From NCBI GenBank assembly GCA_046290465.1, contig JBKAGP010000001.1:6080001-6144000 (forward strand): DNA of 64,000 bases, in the 5' to 3' direction. The DNA is from Planctomycetota bacterium (GTDB lineage Bacteria; Planctomycetota; UBA1135; UBA2386). The first letter of the stretch is position 1, and each line of letters opens with the position of its first letter. The notes beneath the pieces were generated by a model that worked only from the letters and a program-made list of their open reading frames with translations, was not told the origin of the DNA and did not search any database. A program made the position numbers and the translations under genes. Below are positions 60,052 to 64,000 of the stretch, piece by piece.

Positions 60052-61077
60052 ATGGTGGAAACTGCGTCAGCGCCGAATCGGTTGCCGGGATCCGGCAGCC
60101 TGCTGGTGACCGGGGCGACGGGGTTCCTCGGTGGCGTGCTGGTGCGTCGGTTATTGGCGGATGGTATCGCACCGGAGCGCCTGCGGTGCCTGGTTCGCGA
60201 CCCCGCGCGGGCGGCCCGCGGTGGCCTGCCGACCGAATCGCTGGTCCACGCCGACCTCGGTGCGCACGACTGCGGTGCCGCGATCGCCGAGGCGGCGCGC
60301 GGGGCCGACCTGGTCGTGCACCTGGCCGGCTCGCTGAAGGCCTACGACCGCGCGGGCTTCGACGAGGTCAACGTGCACGGCACCGAACGGCTGGTCGCGG
60401 CCGTGCGCGAGGCGGCGCCGCGAGCGCACTTCGTGCACGTCTCGTCGCTGGCTGCGGCCGGGCCGAGCGTCGACGGTGCGGGCAGCGATCGGCCGGCGGC
60501 GGAATGTCGCACCGTCTCGCGCTACGGCGAGAGCAAGCGGCGCGGCGAACTGGCGGTGGTCGGCAGCGGCATGGCCTTCACGGTGCTGCGCCCGCCGGTC
60601 GTCTACGGCCCCGACGACGGCGCGACGCAGCTGTTGTTCCGCCAGGTGCTGGCGCCGCTGACCGCGGTGCCGAGGCGGCCGCGGCCGCTGTCGGTGATCC
60701 ACGCCGACGACGTCGCCGAGGCCTTGTGGCTGGCGGTGTGCAGGCGGCCGGCCGGCGCGTTCCTGCCGCTCGACGGCCCCGAACGGACCGATACCCACGC
60801 GTTCCTGCGCGCGATCGGCGCTGCCTGCGACCGCCCGCCGCGGCTGCTGCCGGTGCCGATGGCGGTCGCCGGCCTGGCTGCTCGTGCCAGCGACCTGTGG
60901 GCGCGGCTGCGTCGAACACCTGGCTACTTCAACCGCGACAAGGTGCGCGAGATCGCGGCGCCGGGCTGGGTCGCCGACGGCGGCCCGGCGCGGCGGCTGC
61001 TCGGCTTCTCGGCGGGCACCCGACTGGCCGACGGCCTGCGCGCGGTTGCGGTCGCCGAGGGCTTCGCGGCTCGGTAG
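60052..61077 (+). CDS. NAD-dependent epimerase/dehydratase (extended SDR)
   Basis: TGATGFLG, HLAG, SSLAAAG, YGESK (YxxxK), RPPVVYGP. Confidence 0.9.
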   Translation: MVETASAPNRLPGSGSLLVTGATGFLGGVLVRRLLADGIAPERLRCLVRDPARAARGGLPTESLVHADLGAHDCGAAIAEAARGADLVVHLAGSLKAYDRAGFDEVNVHGTERLVAAVREAAPRAHFVHVSSLAAAGPSVDGAGSDRPAAECRTVSRYGESKRRGELAVVGSGMAFTVLRPPVVYGPDDGATQLLFRQVLAPLTAVPRRPRPLSVIHADDVAEALWLAVCRRPAGAFLPLDGPERTDTHAFLRAIGAACDRPPRLLPVPMAVAGLAARASDLWARLRRTPGYFNRDKVREIAAPGWVADGGPARRLLGFSAGTRLADGLRAVAVAEGFAAR

Positions 61078-61078
61078 G

Positions 61079-61438
61079 TCAGCGCCGGGTCCGCGCGAAG
61101 CGCAGCAGCTCCAGCAGATCGGCCGACGTCAGCGTGGCCAACGAGCACCTCGCGACGACGTCGTCGCCGTCGGTCGCGACCTCGATGGCCTGCAGCGAGC
61201 GGACCAGCTTGTCGTGGGCCGTGTCGCGTGCGCCGTCCGGGATCACTCCGTCGATCATCGCGACGAACGTGTGATCCAGACGACCGGCGAAGGTCCGCCA
61301 CGCCTCGACCTCGTCGCTTGCGAGGAACCGGAGTTCGGCCACGGCCGTCGGCGCGAAGTCCACCGTCAGGGTCGCCCTCGTCGGTTTCGGCGCGCCCGCG
61401 AACGCCGACCACAAGGAGCTGGTCTCGGGCATGGTCAC
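61079..61438 (-). CDS. Hypothetical protein (possibly the C-terminal part of the upstream ORF)
   Basis: Coding-like GC3 bias; 4-nt overlap with the upstream ORF. Confidence 0.5.
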   Translation of the reverse strand: MTMPETSSLWSAFAGAPKPTRATLTVDFAPTAVAELRFLASDEVEAWRTFAGRLDHTFVAMIDGVIPDGARDTAHDKLVRSLQAIEVATDGDDVVARCSLATLTSADLLELLRFARTRR

Positions 61439-62595
61439 GTGGATGGCGGCCGGCCGACGGCCGAGCGCGCGGCGATGGCGGTGGCGGCGGCCGCGTCGGC
61501 GAACGCGACCTTGCCGAGCGTGCCGGTCGCGGCTTCTGCCGTGACGTCGAGCTTGCCGTCCTGCCAGGCGTCACCGCGCACGGTCGCGGGCAGCTGGGCG
61601 TCGCGGTACCGCTCGGGTTCGAACGAGCCGACCGCCTGCCACGCGATGTCGAAGGGGCGTTGCTCGTTCGATCCGGCGAGGAAGAACAGCGCCGAGTGGT
61701 CGATTCGCACGTCGCCAAAGCGCTCCGTGAGCGCGAACGGCAGCTCGGCCGCGCTGTCGATCACCCGCTGGCAGCCGTTCCGCATCGCCGCGGTCGTCGG
61801 GCGCCCGAACGTCTCCAGCATGCCGCTGATCTGCTCGCAGCTCAGCTGCCGTCGTCCGGCAGCGAGCCAGCTGAGGTCCGGCAGCCGGGCGTGGTCGACG
61901 ACCAGGCTCAGGTCGTAGGCCTTCGGCACGCGCAGGTCCACAGCGGCGAGTCGTCGTCGTGGGATCGGCACCGGCGCGGCTCGGTCGTCGAGCGCCACCA
62001 GCGCGCGCCTCGCGCGCTCGCGCAGCGCCTCCGGCTGATCGCCTTTGGCGAGCGCGGTCAGCTCGGGCCTGGCGTTCCTGCAGCCGCGTCGGAGCAGCAC
62101 GTCGATCGCGACCATGCGGTCGAGGATCGCGACGCGGCGGGCGACCGGATCCGATGGCAACGGCGTCGGCAGCATCTGCCGCAGGCCGAAGTCGGAAGGG
62201 TCGTAGCCACAGCGTTCGAGGTGAAAGGCGCCGTCGGTCATGGCCAGCAACTCGTGCGGGCCGTGGTAGAGCAGCGTCACGAAGCCGAGCAGGTCGGTGT
62301 TGCCCAGCCCGAAGTCGAACTCGTCCCCGCACAGCGGCACCCAGCGCGGCGAGCCGGTGTGCGAGCCGCCGATGTCCGCGATGTAGTCGAACTCCAGCAC
62401 GCCTTCGTCGGTGCGCCGGTAGCGCGACGTCTCGAACCGGCCGCCGCTGCGCACGCGCTCGGCGACCTTCGCGCCGGGTTCCTCCGCGAGCCGTTCGTCC
62501 TCGACGTCGGGCAGCTGCGGTTGCGTGGGGGAGGTCGGCTCCTGCTGGCCGGCGAGGCAGGCGCAGGCGGCGACGACGCAGAGGACTCCCTTCAT
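61435..62595 (-). CDS. Hypothetical secreted protein
   Basis: Signal-like MKGVLCVVAACACLAG|QQ; central helical (HEAT-like) segment. Confidence 0.6.
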   Translation of the reverse strand: MKGVLCVVAACACLAGQQEPTSPTQPQLPDVEDERLAEEPGAKVAERVRSGGRFETSRYRRTDEGVLEFDYIADIGGSHTGSPRWVPLCGDEFDFGLGNTDLLGFVTLLYHGPHELLAMTDGAFHLERCGYDPSDFGLRQMLPTPLPSDPVARRVAILDRMVAIDVLLRRGCRNARPELTALAKGDQPEALRERARRALVALDDRAAPVPIPRRRLAAVDLRVPKAYDLSLVVDHARLPDLSWLAAGRRQLSCEQISGMLETFGRPTTAAMRNGCQRVIDSAAELPFALTERFGDVRIDHSALFFLAGSNEQRPFDIAWQAVGSFEPERYRDAQLPATVRGDAWQDGKLDVTAEAATGTLGKVAFADAAAATAIAARSAVGRPPST

Positions 62596-62640
62596 CGCGG
62601 CAGTCGAAGCCCGCACCGGATCGCGGTCAAGCCCCGCCGG

Positions 62641-63639
62641 CTACTTCAGTAGCTGCATCAACAGCGCCTTCTGCACGTGCGCGCGGTTGGCCGCCTGGTC
62701 GTAGATCTTGGAGCGTTCGCCGTCGAGCACCTCGTCGGTCGCGGCGACGTTGCGACGCACCGGCAGCGGATGCATCAGCATCGCGTTGTCGGTCCCGGCC
62801 ATCAGCCCGGCGTCGACGCGCCAGTCCTGCAGCGAACGCTTGACCATCGCCTCGCGTTCGTCGTCGTCCCAGTACTTGGTGCAGCCCCACGAGCGCGCGT
62901 AGAGGACCTCGGCGCCCTTGGTGCCCTCGAGGCGGTCGTTGACGACCCGCACCGAGCCGCCGGCGTGCTCGGCCGCCGCCTTGCTGCGCTGCAGCACCTC
63001 GTCGTCGACCTCGAAGCCGAGCGGGTGGGCGAGCGTGATCTCCATGCCCATCAGCGAGGCCAGCTGCAGCACCGAGTGGGTCGGTCCGAGCGACTTCGGT
63101 TCGGGGTGGTTGCACCACATCAGCGTCACCTTGCGACCCTGCATGTTGACCAGGTTCTCGCGCATCGTCAGCATGTCGGCGAGCGCCTGGCACGGGTGCT
63201 CGAACACCGTTTCGAGGTTGATGACCGGCACCGAGCTGTGCTGCGCGTAGCTGCGCAGCAGCAGCTCCTGGCGGTCGCGTTCCCAGGTGCCGGTGCGCGC
63301 CGCGGCGCGGATGCCGAGCGCGTCGACGTAGCGGGACAGCGTGCGCGCCGCGTCCTTGACGTGCTCCTCGGCGCGGCCGTCCATGATCGCCTGCTCGTTG
63401 GGCTCGAGCTCGTAGAGGTCGTCGGCCGACAGGTTGATGCAGTGGCCGCCGAGCTGCTGCATGCCGACCTCGAACGACACGCGCGTGCGCAGGCTCGGCT
63501 GGAAGAACAGCATGCCGAGCGTCTTGCCGCCGAGCACCTGCCCAGGCCGCTTGCCCTTGACGCGCGTGGCGAGGTCGAGGAGGTCGTCGAGTTCGTGCCG
63601 GGTCATTCCGGCGGTGGACAGGAAGTCGCGCTTGCTCAA
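62641..63639 (-). CDS. argF': N-acetylornithine carbamoyltransferase-like (ArgF') transcarbamylase
   Basis: SLRTR, EEHVKDAARTLSRY, HPCQALAD, SWG, HPLPVRRNV, QAANR; start uncertain (TTG 63639 or upstream). Confidence 0.8.
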   Translation of the reverse strand: MSKRDFLSTAGMTRHELDDLLDLATRVKGKRPGQVLGGKTLGMLFFQPSLRTRVSFEVGMQQLGGHCINLSADDLYELEPNEQAIMDGRAEEHVKDAARTLSRYVDALGIRAAARTGTWERDRQELLLRSYAQHSSVPVINLETVFEHPCQALADMLTMRENLVNMQGRKVTLMWCNHPEPKSLGPTHSVLQLASLMGMEITLAHPLGFEVDDEVLQRSKAAAEHAGGSVRVVNDRLEGTKGAEVLYARSWGCTKYWDDDEREAMVKRSLQDWRVDAGLMAGTDNAMLMHPLPVRRNVAATDEVLDGERSKIYDQAANRAHVQKALLMQLLK

Positions 63640-63674
63640 GGTTGGTCGCTCCGGTGGACTGGGGGCGACCTTAG

Positions 63675-64000
63675 ATGTCCACGACGCCTCCGACAAGCGC
63701 AGACGAACGCCGTATGGCGCAGTGTCTCGAACTGGCCCGCGAGGCCGCCGCCCGCGACGAGGTCCCGGTCGGCGCGATCGTCGTGCTCGGCGACGAGGTC
63801 ATCGGGGTCGGCCGCAACCGCGTCGAGGAGCTACGCTCGCCGCTGGCCCATGCCGAGATCGAGGCGCTGCAGCAGGCGTTCGCGCACACCGGCGACAAGC
63901 GGCTGCCGGACGCGCAGCTGTTCTGCACGCTCGAGCCGTGCTTCTTGTGTGCCGGGGCGATCCTGCATGCGCGCATCCGGCGGGTCGTGTTCGGCGCCCG
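63675..64000 (+). CDS. tadA: tRNA adenosine(34) deaminase, 3'-truncated by the window edge
   Basis: Manual translation: EVPVGA...AHAE...TLEPCFLCAGAILHARI..VVFGA. Confidence 0.9.
   Translation, partial: MSTTPPTSADERRMAQCLELAREAAARDEVPVGAIVVLGDEVIGVGRNRVEELRSPLAHAEIEALQQAFAHTGDKRLPDAQLFCTLEPCFLCAGAILHARIRRVVFGA

Overview
A high-GC bacterial chromosomal window, most likely from a Planctomycetota (PVC) genome. This is inferred from the RpoA N-terminus MRIRWRNFELP, a large insertion in the RNase E/G S1 domain, no rpmD, and no ftsQAZ in the dcw cluster. In order, the window holds: a dcw cluster (partial ftsI, murE, murF, mraY, ftsW, LysM gene, murG, murC, murB; no murD, ddl or ftsQAZ); hpf-ptsN-HPr; type IV pilus pilM-pilN-pilO(+P)-pilQ; rne; rplU-rpmA-obgE; pilT/U; a degenerate phage-Dam-like protein; a di-heme peroxidase whose RBS/ATG is out of frame across a C7 tract; a divergent EF-G; an IS1-like element with 25-bp inverted repeats; the S10-spc-alpha ribosomal cluster, which lacks rplC, rpmD and map; several secreted proteins (Kelch, pseudo-HtrA, di-heme DUF1111, imelysin, PhoX-like); two REP-like tandem hairpin arrays (5x82 bp and about 3x56 bp); dnaE; spt plus an SDR; an AOTCase-like argF'; and partial tadA. 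The most notable signals are a C-terminal domain shared by four unrelated secreted proteins (a candidate lineage-specific sorting system), a Gln at +1 after nearly all signal peptides, the missing L3 gene, and the hairpin arrays that overlap stop codons. No rRNA, tRNA or CRISPR array was recognised. All family calls come from reading motifs by eye, not from database searches.
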